64,000 nucleotides of DNA from an uncultured Holophagales bacterium (GCA_963842525.1 CAWJGT010000011.1:198002-262001); one strand, 5' to 3'. Counted from the stretch's first letter, positions 52,124-62,294 are shown. Program-made: numbers and translations. Notes: generated by a model from the letters alone, not told the origin.

Positions 52124-52720
52124 TCAGTATTTGATGCTGCACCCGTACGGCTTCGTGGCCGCGGGGTCGATCTTCTTGTCCGCCTTCTCGGCGGAGAGCC
52201 CGCCGTCGACGTAGTTCACGCGCTCGGCCTGCGCCTTGCGCCCCGGGGGATCGTCGTCGATGGCGCCGTTGTAGGCGATTTTTCCCTGCTCGTCGACGAT
52301 GAACAGGTGCGGCGTGGTCTTGGCGTCATAGGCATGGCCGGTCGCGCCCGTCTCGTCATAGAGCACCGGGTAGTTGATGCCGGTCTTCTGGTTGTAGGCG
52401 AGGTGCGCGGCCGGCTGCAGGAAGTTCGCATGGCTCGGGTTGGTGCTGTTGATCCCGAACCAGACCACCTCGCCGTACTTCTTGTGCAGCGCGGACATGG
52501 TCTTCTCGCGGGCGTGGCGGTCGGAGAACGGGCACTGGGGGTTGATCCACTCGAGGACGACTACCTTGCCCTTGTAGTCGGCCAGGGAGTAGGTTTTGCC
52601 GTCGGCGCCCTTGAGCTTGAAGCCGGGGGCGACCTCGCCGACCCCCACCGCGAAAGCGGGGAGGGCGGTCAGCGAGAGAGCGGTGAGGAGCAGGAAGGCG
52701 AAAGTAAGTCGGTTGCGCAT
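52124..52720 (-). CDS. exported thioredoxin/redoxin family protein
   Basis: Signal peptide; VVLEWINPQCPF, AKTTPH, YNGAIDD and YGCSIKY. Confidence 0.9.
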   Translation of the reverse strand: MRNRLTFAFLLLTALSLTALPAFAVGVGEVAPGFKLKGADGKTYSLADYKGKVVVLEWINPQCPFSDRHAREKTMSALHKKYGEVVWFGINSTNPSHANFLQPAAHLAYNQKTGINYPVLYDETGATGHAYDAKTTPHLFIVDEQGKIAYNGAIDDDPPGRKAQAERVNYVDGGLSAEKADKKIDPAATKPYGCSIKY

Positions 52721-52744
52721 CAGTTCCTCCTTGATGGTTCTGTT

Positions 52745-54145
52745 TCAGCCCGCGGGCTCCACGGGCTCGAGACGTCCGGCCGCGGCAGGGGATGACGATG
52801 TGGGGCCGGCCGCCGGCTCCAGCCGGTTGCGGACGGCCAGCCAGGGGGCGGCCAGGGCGAAGGCTACCACGCCCAGGGCCAGCACGAAGCTCAGGGTCCG
52901 GCGGCTCCCGGCCCGGCTGCGCAGCCAGGCGCAGAGCGCCATGGCCAGCAGGGCGAGCTCGATCCAGGCGAGCCCCTCGAAGCTCACCCGGCGGGAAAGG
53001 CCGTACAGCAGTCCGATCGTGAGCGCCGCGGCGCCAAAGCCCAGGCCCACACGCCAGGGTTGCGCCGGCTGCCCGGCCTCGTGGTTTCCGGCAGCTCCGC
53101 CAGCCCGGCCCAGCATCCCCCAGAGCCAGAGGGCGGCCAGGGCCGAGGCGACGGCGAGCAGCGCGACAGGTGTCGGATTTCCGAACAAGGGATCGCCGGA
53201 CGAGAGCCCCACCACCTCCCGTCCTTCGGCTGTCGTGGCGGGAGCTCCGGCCGGGGTCGTCCGCAGGGGCACCGTCCGCCGCGACTCGAAGGCGACGGGC
53301 TCGCCGCCTTGGGACAGGCCGGTGACGGTCCACACAAAGGGGGTCTCGCCCGGCAGGGCTTTGTCCGCCTCCAGCGTATCCAGTGGAACGCGGAACAGCA
53401 CGCCGCCGTCCGTGGCCTCGGCCTGGGGTTTGCCTGTGCCGAAGGTCTCATGGGTCTCGAGGAAGAGCTGCGGCTCCTGCCCGGGCTTCATCGCGGCGCC
53501 GCGGACCCGCACCTCCAGCACCGGCGCACCCGGTTTGCTGGCGTCGACCGATCCTTCGGTCTCGATCCCGCGCAGCGCCTCGGCCGCCACGGGCACACGG
53601 GCCCGCCAGGTGTCCAGCAGTGGCCCGGTGTCGGGATCGGGAACGGCGGCGGTATCCGGAGGGGCCAACGGCTGGTCGAGCGTGAGGGTGGACCGGTAGG
53701 GCACGCAGTCGACCTGGCAGACCAGATAGTCGAGGTCCGCCGAGAGCTTCAGCCGGTCTCCGGGAGCGTTCGCCAGGGTGGCCCGCAGGGGGTACACGAC
53801 CTCGTCTTCATAACCGAAGGCCACCAGGTCACCGGGCAGCTCGAAGCGGTGCGGCGCCGGCCAGAGCAGCTCGGCCGGCCCGAGCCCCTGGGCCGGAGCG
53901 AAGGTGATCGCGGGCGGGAAGCCGGCGTCGCCGCTGTTCTTCCAGTAGACGTGCCACTCCGGGGCAAGCGTGAAGTGCAGCCCCAGGACGATCTCGCCGT
54001 TCCGCGGTGCGGTCTGGTAGGGGCTGATCAGGCGGACGCGGGCGAATTCGTTGGTGGCCCACTCACCGGCCGCGGCTCCGGCACGGTGCGGTGCGATCGC
54101 CGCCAGGGCCAGGAGGAGGGGCAGCGTGATTTTGAGGGTCCGCAT
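52745..54145 (-). CDS. DsbD N-terminal-domain protein
   Basis: WHVYWKNSGDAG, WPAP and VCQVDCVP; C-terminal TM helices. Confidence 0.82.
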   Translation of the reverse strand: MRTLKITLPLLLALAAIAPHRAGAAAGEWATNEFARVRLISPYQTAPRNGEIVLGLHFTLAPEWHVYWKNSGDAGFPPAITFAPAQGLGPAELLWPAPHRFELPGDLVAFGYEDEVVYPLRATLANAPGDRLKLSADLDYLVCQVDCVPYRSTLTLDQPLAPPDTAAVPDPDTGPLLDTWRARVPVAAEALRGIETEGSVDASKPGAPVLEVRVRGAAMKPGQEPQLFLETHETFGTGKPQAEATDGGVLFRVPLDTLEADKALPGETPFVWTVTGLSQGGEPVAFESRRTVPLRTTPAGAPATTAEGREVVGLSSGDPLFGNPTPVALLAVASALAALWLWGMLGRAGGAAGNHEAGQPAQPWRVGLGFGAAALTIGLLYGLSRRVSFEGLAWIELALLAMALCAWLRSRAGSRRTLSFVLALGVVAFALAAPWLAVRNRLEPAAGPTSSSPAAAGRLEPVEPAG

Positions 54146-54220
54146 CGGTCAGGAGTCGGAAAAGGGTCCAGTGTTTTCCGACCTGCGAGAACCGTGTCAG
54201 GGCGGGCTAGAATTCCCACG

Positions 54221-55627
54221 ATGCGCGTCTGTTTCACAAATGTCGGATGCAAGCTCAACCAGGCGGAGATTGAGCGGCTGGCCCGCGATTTCCTGGCCGC
54301 CGGCCACCAGGTCGTGGGCTCGCTGGAGGAGGCGGACCTGCATGTCGTCAACTCCTGCACGGTGACTCATGTGGCGGCGCGCAGCTCGCGCAAGGCGGCC
54401 GGCCGCGGCCGGCGTCTCCGGCCCGGCCTGCGGACGGTCCTCACAGGCTGCTGGGCCACGGAGCGGAGCGAGGAGGCAGCGCGGCTCGCCGGGGTCGACC
54501 TGGTCGTCCCCAATGCCGAGAAGGACAGGCTGGTGGAGAGGGTGGAGGCGGCGTTGGGCCCTCTCCCCCTGGCCCCCTCTCCCGTGCGTCCACCACCCAC
54601 CCACCCCGAACGGGAGAGGGGGAACGCCGTGGCAGCCGGAGGAGCAGAGAACCGGCTGGGTGGAGGCGCCCCTCTCCCGCTCGGGGTGGAGGGTGGTGGA
54701 CGCGCGGGGGAGGGGTTGGGGGAGGGGGTCCCCTGGGTGCGGCTGCCGTTCGGGCATACGCGGGCGCTGGTCAAGGTAGAAGACGGGTGCAACATGCGCT
54801 GCGCCTTCTGCATCATCCCCTCCACCCGCGGGCGCCAGCGCAGCCGGCCGCTTTCCGAGGTGGTCGCCGAGGTCCGGGGCCTGGTCGCCGCCGGGTACAG
54901 CGAGATCGTGGTCACCGGCGTGCAGATCTCCGCCTACAGCTCGGAGGGGAGCCGCCTGTTCGAGCTGGTGCGCGCGCTCCTGCACGAGACAGAGGTCCCG
55001 CGCCTGCGTCTCACGTCGATCGCGCCGTGGGACCTGGACGAACGCCTGCTCGACCTCTGGTCCGACCGCCGTCTGTGCCGACACCTTCACCTCTCGCTCC
55101 AAAGCGGCTCGACCTCCACCCTGCGCCGCATGCGCCGGCCCTACACGGCAGAAATCTACGCGCGCCTGCTCGAACAGGTCCGGGCCGCGGTTCCAGGCGC
55201 GGGGATCACCACGGACGTGATCGTCGGCTTCCCTGGTGAGACAGACGAGGAATTCGCCGAAAGCCTCGCCTCCGTGGCCGCGGCCGGCTTCGCCAAGGTC
55301 CACGTCTTCCCCTTCTCCCCGCGCGCCGGCACCGAGGCCGCCTCTCTGCCGCAGCAGGTCGCTCCCGAAGACAAGAAGGAGCGCATGGAGCGGATGCTGG
55401 CCGTAGCCGAAGAGTCCGAGCGCGCCTTCCACCGCTCCTTCCTGGGGACCCGGCAGACCGTGCTCTGGGAGAAGCCGCGGGACGGCATGGGCCAGGGCTA
55501 CACGGACAACTACATCCGGGTCTTCAGCGAGGCGGGGGCGGGGCTGGTCCGGAGCCTTTCCGAGGTGGAGCTGGTGGAGCTGGCGGAGGGTGGAGTGGTG
55601 GGAACCCCCACCCTCTCCAGGATCTGA
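54221..55627 (+). CDS. mtaB: tRNA methylthiotransferase, MtaB-like
   Basis: GCKLNQAE, NSCTVT, TGC, DGCNMRCAFCIIP, HLSLQSG and DVIVGFPGET. Confidence 0.9.
   Translation: MRVCFTNVGCKLNQAEIERLARDFLAAGHQVVGSLEEADLHVVNSCTVTHVAARSSRKAAGRGRRLRPGLRTVLTGCWATERSEEAARLAGVDLVVPNAEKDRLVERVEAALGPLPLAPSPVRPPPTHPERERGNAVAAGGAENRLGGGAPLPLGVEGGGRAGEGLGEGVPWVRLPFGHTRALVKVEDGCNMRCAFCIIPSTRGRQRSRPLSEVVAEVRGLVAAGYSEIVVTGVQISAYSSEGSRLFELVRALLHETEVPRLRLTSIAPWDLDERLLDLWSDRRLCRHLHLSLQSGSTSTLRRMRRPYTAEIYARLLEQVRAAVPGAGITTDVIVGFPGETDEEFAESLASVAAAGFAKVHVFPFSPRAGTEAASLPQQVAPEDKKERMERMLAVAEESERAFHRSFLGTRQTVLWEKPRDGMGQGYTDNYIRVFSEAGAGLVRSLSEVELVELAEGGVVGTPTLSRI
54558..54730. repeat. palindromic repeat pair inserted in frame within mtaB
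   Basis: Nearly identical to the reverse complement of intergenic 25397-25460. Confidence 0.85.
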
Positions 55628-56937
55628 TACAGCCCGAACTTCGGGAAGCGCAGGAACCCGAACCAGGCCGCGCCCGCCAGGGTCCCTTCGGCGAGCCATT
55701 CGCGGATCCAGTAGCCGGCATAGTCGGGGTGGCGCATCTTGAGGCCGCCGCCGTTCTCGATCGCCCAGCGCCGGTTGTAGCGCTCGTGGACCCCTACCGG
55801 ACGCGAAAGGACCAGCGGCAGGCCGAGGGCGGTGAAGAAGGTCATCTCACTCGGCTTGGTCCACAGGATGTCGGTCTCGGCCAGGACCTGGTTGAAGCGG
55901 ACGAAGTAGCGCTCGATGTCCTCCTCCACCACGACGCTCACGTCGCCCGCTTCGAGCGCGCCTTCGAGACCCTCCTCCCGCACCCACTGGCGGAACTTCG
56001 CGGCGACCTCCTCCCGCACTCCCGCCACCAGGCAGAGCCGCAGCCGGCGCTCCTCGATGGTGGATTTGAGGCTGCGCAGCAACCGCTGCGCCAGATCCGC
56101 CTGGGCGCCGGCACCGCCCACCGTGTAGGTGGCGAGCGGCGGCACCCCCTCCTGGCCGGCGGGCAGGTCGCCAAGGAAGTGGTGGATCTCGCTGTGCGAC
56201 TCGCTCCGGAAGACCCCCTTGGGATCGAGGCGGACGAGCCGCGCGGCCAGATTCCGCCGCAGCGCCGGCAGGTCCGGCCCGCCGAGCAGCTCGCCCGGCA
56301 GCGGGAAGCCGGTGAGCTCGATCCGGTCCGGCGCGACGCCATAGGACCGCAGCCGCCGCGCCGCCCGCCGGCTGGGCGCGAGGTAGACGATCCGTGAGCT
56401 GGCGGGGTCGCGCGGCACCCAGGTCCGGTTGATGTCCGAGTCCGTCACGACGCAGTAGACCCCCTCGCAACCGTAGTGGTTCGCACCGATGGCCGGCGCG
56501 AAGAACGTGGTCAGGAGCGGCGCCCCGGTCGCCTTGAGATGGTCCGCCAGACCGCGGCCCAGCCCCTTGCGGACCAGGCGGTCGAGCGACAGCGCCTCCA
56601 GGGTAGGGTTCGACAGGTCGCGCAGCGGATAGAGGTGGGGGATGCGCGTCAGGCTTTCGAGGAGCGAGCGCAGGGGAGCGCCGACCAGGGGGAGCTGGGA
56701 GGCCCGCGAGGTCACCTCGTAGAAGCGCCGCGAGGCGCGCCAGAGCCGCTGCTCGGCCGGGCCTGCCAGCGGCGCCTGGTCGACGTGCACGATGCCGGTG
56801 CCGAGCTCCGTGGCCAGGGCATGGGCCGCGCGCAGGTGGCCGTAGCCCATGGCCACCGAGGCGATGACCGGGAGCCGCTCCGGGTCGGGCACAGGGGGAG
56901 CGGAGCGCGGCAATTCCAGGGCGTCCAGGGCGTCCAT
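55510..56937 (-). CDS. GT-B fold glycosyltransferase-like protein
   Basis: MGYGHLRAA, VVTDSD, TGFP and DILWTKPSE. Confidence 0.7.
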   Translation of the reverse strand: MDALDALELPRSAPPVPDPERLPVIASVAMGYGHLRAAHALATELGTGIVHVDQAPLAGPAEQRLWRASRRFYEVTSRASQLPLVGAPLRSLLESLTRIPHLYPLRDLSNPTLEALSLDRLVRKGLGRGLADHLKATGAPLLTTFFAPAIGANHYGCEGVYCVVTDSDINRTWVPRDPASSRIVYLAPSRRAARRLRSYGVAPDRIELTGFPLPGELLGGPDLPALRRNLAARLVRLDPKGVFRSESHSEIHHFLGDLPAGQEGVPPLATYTVGGAGAQADLAQRLLRSLKSTIEERRLRLCLVAGVREEVAAKFRQWVREEGLEGALEAGDVSVVVEEDIERYFVRFNQVLAETDILWTKPSEMTFFTALGLPLVLSRPVGVHERYNRRWAIENGGGLKMRHPDYAGYWIREWLAEGTLAGAAWFGFLRFPKFGLYQILERVGVPTTPPSASSTSSTSERLRTSPAPASLKTRM

Positions 56938-56981
56938 GGAGCCGGGAGAGTGCAAGCCGCGGGCCGGGGCTCCCGGAAGGA

Positions 56982-57518
56982 TCAGCCGAGGAGGATGCGC
57001 GCAGCCATCCCGGCCAACGCTCCGACCTCGACTCCGGCCGCCACATCCAGAGGATAGTGCGCTCCGAGGTAGACGCGCGAGACCGCGATGCCGGAGGCGA
57101 GAGAGAGGACGAGGCCGCCCAGCCAGCTTCCCTCGCCGCCAAGAGCCACAGCGATGCCGAAGGCGGCGGCCGTATGGCCGGAAGGGAAGGAGAACGAGTC
57201 CGGGTTCTCCGCCAGAGCCGCGAAGCCGACGATGCCGCAGTCCGGCCGGGCCCGGCAGCAGAGCCGCTTCAGGACCTGCGAGACAGCCAATGCGAGAAGC
57301 GCCCCAAGGACCAGCAGCGAGCCATAGTGGGGTCCGGACCCGCCGGCCGCAAAGAGCACCAAGCCGGCCACGACCCAGGTGGATGGGTCTCCCAGACGGG
57401 TCAACATCCGCATCAACCGGGTCATGGCCGCCGATTCGAGCCGCCGTACCGCCAGGAGCAGCGCCTGGTCGACCGACACGACCCGCTTCCAGACCATCTC
57501 TTCAAGGACGGTGCGCAT
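56982..57518 (-). CDS. PAP2 family phosphatase
   Basis: K....RARP, SFPSGH and SRVYLGAHYPLD. Confidence 0.92.
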   Translation of the reverse strand: MRTVLEEMVWKRVVSVDQALLLAVRRLESAAMTRLMRMLTRLGDPSTWVVAGLVLFAAGGSGPHYGSLLVLGALLALAVSQVLKRLCCRARPDCGIVGFAALAENPDSFSFPSGHTAAAFGIAVALGGEGSWLGGLVLSLASGIAVSRVYLGAHYPLDVAAGVEVGALAGMAARILLG

Positions 57519-57755
57519 CAGGCCACCTCCTCCAGCAGCGGAGAGCGATCCGGCTCGACCGGAGTCAGGACGCTGCCGGGCCCCACCCGCAGCCGGTGTC
57601 CGCGCCAGCAGATCGTGCTCCGGAAGGCGCCGATCACCCAGACACCGGCGATCAACAGGTCCTTGAGCGGCACCCACACGAGGTCCTGCAGGCGGGGCGC
57701 CCTCCCGCGCAGCCGGCGTACCAGCGCTGCGTCCATCGCCACCTTGAGGTGCCAG
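57518..57755 (-). pseudogene. C-terminal remnant of a ceramide glucosyltransferase/HpnI-like gene
   Basis: PLKDLLIAGVW....STICWRG; stop overlaps the PAP2 start; no 5' part present. Confidence 0.6.
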
Positions 57756-57827
57756 GATCGCCGCCGAAGGTGACGAGCCCGTGTCGTCAGCGTCACAGGT
57801 GCGTCAGGATGTGCTAGAAAGCGGCGC

Positions 57828-58634
57828 ATGTTCCTCGCCGCCGTCGTCCAGCTCAACTGCACCTCGAACGAAGAGGCGAACTGGGAGAGCGCCCGCGCGC
57901 TGATCGAGCGCGCCGCCGGCTACGGCGCCCGGCTCGTCGCCACGCCGGAAAACACCAACTACCTGGGCCCCCACGAGGAGAAGGTGCGGCGCGCCGAGCC
58001 CCTCGGCGGACCGACCTGCGCGCGCTTCGCCGACCTCGCCCGCCGGCTGGGCATCCACCTCCTGCTCGGCTCCTTCAACGAGGCCAGCGATGAGCCGCAC
58101 CGCTGCTACAACACGAGCGTCCTTTTCTCGCCGGAGGGAGAGATCCTCGCCACCTACCGCAAGATCCACCTCTTCGACGTGGACGTGCCCGGCGGCGTGC
58201 GCTTCGCGGAATCGGCCACCTGCAAGCCCGGCGAAAAGGTGACCGTGGTCGACACCCCGCTCGGCCGCCTCGGCCTGTCGATCTGCTACGACCTACGCTT
58301 CGCCGAGCTCTACCGCCGCATGGCGGACCAGGAAGCGCAGATCCTCCTGGTCCCCTCGGCCTTCACCCTGATGACCGGCAAGGACCACTGGGAGCCGCTG
58401 CTGCGCGCCCGCGCCATCGAGAACCAGTGCTACGTCCTGGCACCCGCCCAGCACGGCGAGCACGACGACGCCGGCTTGAAGGCGAGCTACGGCCACGCCC
58501 TGATCGTCGACCCCTGGGGCCTCGTGACCGCCCAGGCTTCGGACGGCCCCGGCATTGCCCTCGCCGAGATCGACCTCGACCGGGTGGAGCGGATACGGCG
58601 GGCGATCCCGGTGGCCGGGCATAGGAGGATCTGA
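57828..58634 (+). CDS. carbon-nitrogen hydrolase (Nit1-like)
   Basis: PE, YRKIHLFDV, ICYDLRF and RARAIENQ. Confidence 0.93.
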   Translation: MFLAAVVQLNCTSNEEANWESARALIERAAGYGARLVATPENTNYLGPHEEKVRRAEPLGGPTCARFADLARRLGIHLLLGSFNEASDEPHRCYNTSVLFSPEGEILATYRKIHLFDVDVPGGVRFAESATCKPGEKVTVVDTPLGRLGLSICYDLRFAELYRRMADQEAQILLVPSAFTLMTGKDHWEPLLRARAIENQCYVLAPAQHGEHDDAGLKASYGHALIVDPWGLVTAQASDGPGIALAEIDLDRVERIRRAIPVAGHRRI

Positions 58635-58645
58635 GCCTGCGGCCA

Positions 58646-58775
58646 GGCGCCCAGGGTTCACACCCTGGGCTACCGAATGGCGCCCTCCGGGCTCGCAAGA
58701 AAGGCGCGGTCGAAGTGCTCAGAATTGGAGAGCCCGGAGGGCGGAACTGGGTAGCCCCGGGTGTCAACCCGGGGC
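58646..58775. repeat. REP-like palindrome doublet
   Basis: CCCAGGGTTCACACCCTGGGCTAC..GCCCTCCGGGCTC / GAGCCCGGAGGGC..GTAGCCCCGGG. Confidence 0.75.
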
Positions 58776-58828
58776 GAGCGGGCGGCGCGGCCAGGGAGTG
58801 AGGTCCGGCATTTGCATTTCCCTTTCGT

Positions 58829-60014
58829 ATGCCTGAAGACCGCGACACCCGCCGCTGGAAGAGCGCCCTCCTCACCGTAGCCGCCCCGGTCGAGCAGAGG
58901 ATCGACAGGGTCAAGCGCCGGCTCGCTGCACGGTTCGACCGCGACGATCCGGTCCAGATCCTGCCGTACCGCGGCTTCGGGACCTCGCAACGGCTGATGC
59001 TGACCGGCCGGGTGCTCCAGGACGAGCCGGTCGGGACAGCCGGGGAGCGCGACTCGATCTGGAAGAACCTGGGCAACACCTGGAAGCGGTTCGAGAGCGA
59101 TGAGCTCCCCCTTCGCCAAGGTGCGCGCCCGCTTCGGTGAATGGACCGGCGAGACGAACGCGGACGAGGAGGGGTACTTCACGCTAGAGATCGAGCCGCC
59201 CGGCCCGCCCGACCCGGCCCGCCTCTGGCACTCCGTCGACCTCGAGCTGGCCGATCCGCCGCTGCCCGAGGTGCGGTCTACCGGCTCGGTCCTGGTCCCG
59301 GCACCCGACGCCGAATTCGGGGTCATCAGCGACATCGACGACACGGTGGTGGAGACCGGGGTCACCAAGCGCCTGGCCATGGCGCGCACGGTCTTCCTCG
59401 GCAACGCCCGCACCCGCCTGCCGTTCAAAGGGGTTGCGGCCTTCTACGACGCCCTCGTCCAGGGGGTGAAGACCGGCGGGGAGAACCCGATCTTCTTCGT
59501 GTCGAGCAGCCCATGGAATCTTTATGACCTGTTGGTGGAGTTCATGGAGCTGCAGTCGATCCCCCGCGGGCCCCTGCTGCTCAAGGACTTCGGGCTCGAC
59601 CGCAGCAAGCTCTTCATGCGCGACACACCGGCCTACAAGCTGGACTGCATCCGGTCGATCCTCGACACCTATCCGCACCTGCCCTTCCTGCTGATCGGCG
59701 ACAGCGGCGAGAAGGACCCGGAGATCTACCGCGAAGTGGTGCGCGAATACCCCGGCCGCATCCAGGCGATCTACATCCGCCGGATCGGCACCACGGCGGG
59801 CCGCGACGAGCGCGTCCTCGAGCTGGCCAAAGAAGTGCGGGAGCAGGGGGTCTCGATGCTTCTGGTGAAGGACACCGAAGCCGCGGCCGTGCATGCCTCC
59901 GAAGAAGGATGGATCCTCCCCGAACGCCTCCCAGACGTCCGCGAGGAGAAGCTCAAGGACGAGCTCGCCCCCAGCCCGACCGAGGTGGCGCTGAAGCCGG
60001 ACCCCGCGCCCTAG
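58829..60014 (+). CDS. App1-family phosphatidate phosphatase-like protein (frameshift near 59110)
   Basis: ISDIDDT, FVSSSPWNLY and LIGDSGEKDPEIY. Confidence 0.85.
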
Positions 60015-60317
60015 ACGGACCAGACCCGGGCGGTCCCCAGTACCGGGAAAATAGAGACCGGGTCCGCCCGGCGCACAGCGGACCCGTCCTTTCTCTGTTG
60101 TCAAAGAGCCTCACCCTCCCACGATCCTAAGGATCGGGCGCTCCGCCAGATCCTCGCCTTGCGGTGGTCGCGCCTCCTTCACTATGCGGTAGATTGGCAC
60201 ACCCGATGGACAGAATCAACAAGGGTCTTGACATCGCCATGCCAACCATGCAGTCTATGCACACTCCAGGCGTCGCTTCTGGCGCCGGATGTCCGAGCCT
60301 GCGGGCTCAAGAAGGAG

Positions 60318-60440
60318 ATGGAGATGGCTGAAGCAACCTACGCAGGAAAGCTGGGCGCACTGGCGCGGTTCATCGCCGCCCTGATCGCCAACGCGTCCGA
60401 GCTTGTCCACCTGGACGGCATTCGTGCCCGGATCCACGAA
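60318..60440 (+). pseudogene. N-terminal fragment of a helical hypothetical protein
   Basis: RBS AAGGAG; MAEATYAGKLGALARFIAALIANASELVHLDGIRAR, after which the frame runs into repeat DNA. Confidence 0.45.
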
Positions 60441-60517
60441 ATAAGCGCCTCACCGTGCAGGGTGTTCGAAACCGTCGCCAGCGAACGAGATGGACGAGCC
60501 AGGCATCCGTGCCGTCG

Positions 60518-60628
60518 TGTCATCCTGAGCGCAGCGAAGGATCTGGGCGGCGGCCCATCCCGGAAGCACGACCGCAACGGGCTCGCAGCCTCCCTGCCTC
60601 CAGATCCTTCGCTGCGCTCAGGATGACA
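60518..60628. repeat. GTCATCCTGAGCGCAGCGAAGGATCTG inverted repeat element
   Basis: Near-perfect inverted repeat of about 28 bp. Confidence 0.85.
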
Positions 60629-60753
60629 CGACGGGGCCCGGGGTCCCGGAGCCGCGCCTAAGCGTCCACTCCCCCGGAGAGCGTGCCCGCCGCGCTCCCT
60701 CTTGTTCCGCACCCTTCTCCACAGGCGTCCGCCGCTGTTCAATGGATCCAACG

Positions 60754-61193
60754 CAGAGGACGTTATCCAACTCGGTGTAAGCGTATCCGGCGCAGATAAG
60801 CGTATCTGGCACGGATAACACTATCCGGCGCGGACAACGTTATCCACGCCAGTGTAAGCTTATCCAGAGCAGATAAGCTTATCTGCCCCAGATAACACTA
60901 TCTGCCGCAGATACCGTTATCCAGCGCGGATAAGCTTATCCGGCACAGATAAGCTTATCCACGCCAGTGTAAGCGTATCTGGCACGGATAACACTATCTG
61001 GCGCAGATACCGGTATCCAGCGCGGATAAGCTTATCCGGCGCAGATAAGCTTATCCAGGCCAGTGTAAGCTTATCTGGCACGGATAACACTATCTGGCGC
61101 GGATACCGTTATCTGCGCCAGTGTAAGCTTATCTGGCGCGGATACGCTTACACTGGGCGTCGTAAGCTCATCTGGCACAGATAGCAGTATCCC
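60754..61193. repeat. tandem array of about 23 palindromic 19/20-bp units (CRGATA-N4-TATCY)
   Basis: Units such as CAGATAAGCTTATCCACGC, CGGATAACACTATCTGGCG and CAGTGTAAGCTTATCTGGCA. Confidence 0.92.
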
Positions 61194-61377
61194 CAGCCGA
61201 TGTCCTCCATCCCATAAATCGTACCCAACGGCGACGGCGGCTCTACCCCGTCAGTTACATGGAACCGCAAGAAGGACGTGTAGACCCGTGTTCGCTGGGC
61301 TGAGCTCCAGAGGGGATGAAAGGCCGCCCGCAATAAGCAAACCACCCCGTCGCATGGCCGTTGAATCAGGCTTTGCC

Positions 61378-61743
61378 TCACAATGTCCGCCACCCGGACC
61401 ACGAACATCGCGCCCTCCGCAGGTCAGCTCTGGATGCCTCACAAGTTATTTTACGGAGAAGAGTGTTCCTGTCAGAGCTCCATCTCTCATTAAGAGAAGT
61501 CATGCTCTGAAGAACATGCGAGGCCGCAGAGAGGTGGAGCTGGTTATAAATAAAAACAAGAGTTACCGCGACGATGGCGAATTGCGAGAAGCCCCAAAAC
61601 CATTCGGATCCTCCTCCAAATAGTATCCAGCTATCGCGATTGAGGAGCTTCAACTTAGCCATCTCAACAGTCGCAAGCGCGCCCCCAATAGAGGCAAGAA
61701 GCAAGAGGCACGCGGTTGCGAGGAGTATCCTGTTAGTCTTCAT
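61378..61743 (-). CDS. membrane hypothetical protein; 3' end uncertain
   Basis: Two hydrophobic segments; VTLVFIYNQL; low GC. Confidence 0.5.
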   Translation of the reverse strand: MKTNRILLATACLLLLASIGGALATVEMAKLKLLNRDSWILFGGGSEWFWGFSQFAIVAVTLVFIYNQLHLSAASHVLQSMTSLNERWSSDRNTLLRKITCEASRADLRRARCSWSGWRTL

Positions 61744-61827
61744 CTCGCTTTTTTTCGCGCATAACGTGCGCCTCTGGGCATGAGCGGGGGCGTCAGCCAT
61801 CCGCTTGATGCGGGGTTCTGCGCCAAG

Positions 61828-62040
61828 TCATGCAAGTTGCAAGCGCCTCCCCTTCGGCTCGGGGATATACCTTCCAAATTCCCTAGCAGTATCGAGCCAT
61901 AGTTCGATTGCGTCCTGACAATTGGCAAGTGCACTATCAGGTGAATCTCCGTGCGCTGCGCAGCCGGGAAGCTCTGGTACCTCAGCGATAAACACCTGAT
62001 CCTCTTCGCTCCAGTAGATGATGACTTCGTACTTATACAT
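61828..62040 (-). CDS. hicB: HicB family antitoxin
   Basis: YWSEEDQVFIAEVPELPGCAAHGDS...IPEP. Confidence 0.9.
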   Translation of the reverse strand: MYKYEVIIYWSEEDQVFIAEVPELPGCAAHGDSPDSALANCQDAIELWLDTAREFGRYIPEPKGRRLQLA

Positions 62041-62294
62041 CAGTCGTTACCTCCAAGCCGGTACCTGAGAAGTATAGACCGAACTTGCCGAACCTGATAA
62101 GGCTTGGCCTTGTTTCCTTCCCTCTGCAGGTTGATGAGATCCTCAATGCCAGGCTTTGCGAAGACATGGTGGCTACCTCGACTACGCTCCTGAAAGCCCA
62201 GGTCGGTGAGGAGCTTACGAAGGTCGTCGAAGCGGATGTTGGCATCTGCGCCACCAACAAGAATCCGAGAAAGAAGCGCTTCTTTTCTCGACAT
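62040..62294 (-). CDS. hicA: HicA family toxin
   Basis: LGFQERSRGSHHVF and AKPYQVRQV; coupled to hicB. Confidence 0.88.
   Translation of the reverse strand: MSRKEALLSRILVGGADANIRFDDLRKLLTDLGFQERSRGSHHVFAKPGIEDLINLQREGNKAKPYQVRQVRSILLRYRLGGND

Noticed and set aside
53060-54220. Long N-terminal extension of MtaB
   Set aside because: It is antisense to the DsbD-like gene; the true start is ATG 54221, just after TAGAAT.
60754-61193. CRISPR array
   Set aside because: Units are 19-20 bp with no unique 30-40-bp spacers, and there are no cas genes in the window.
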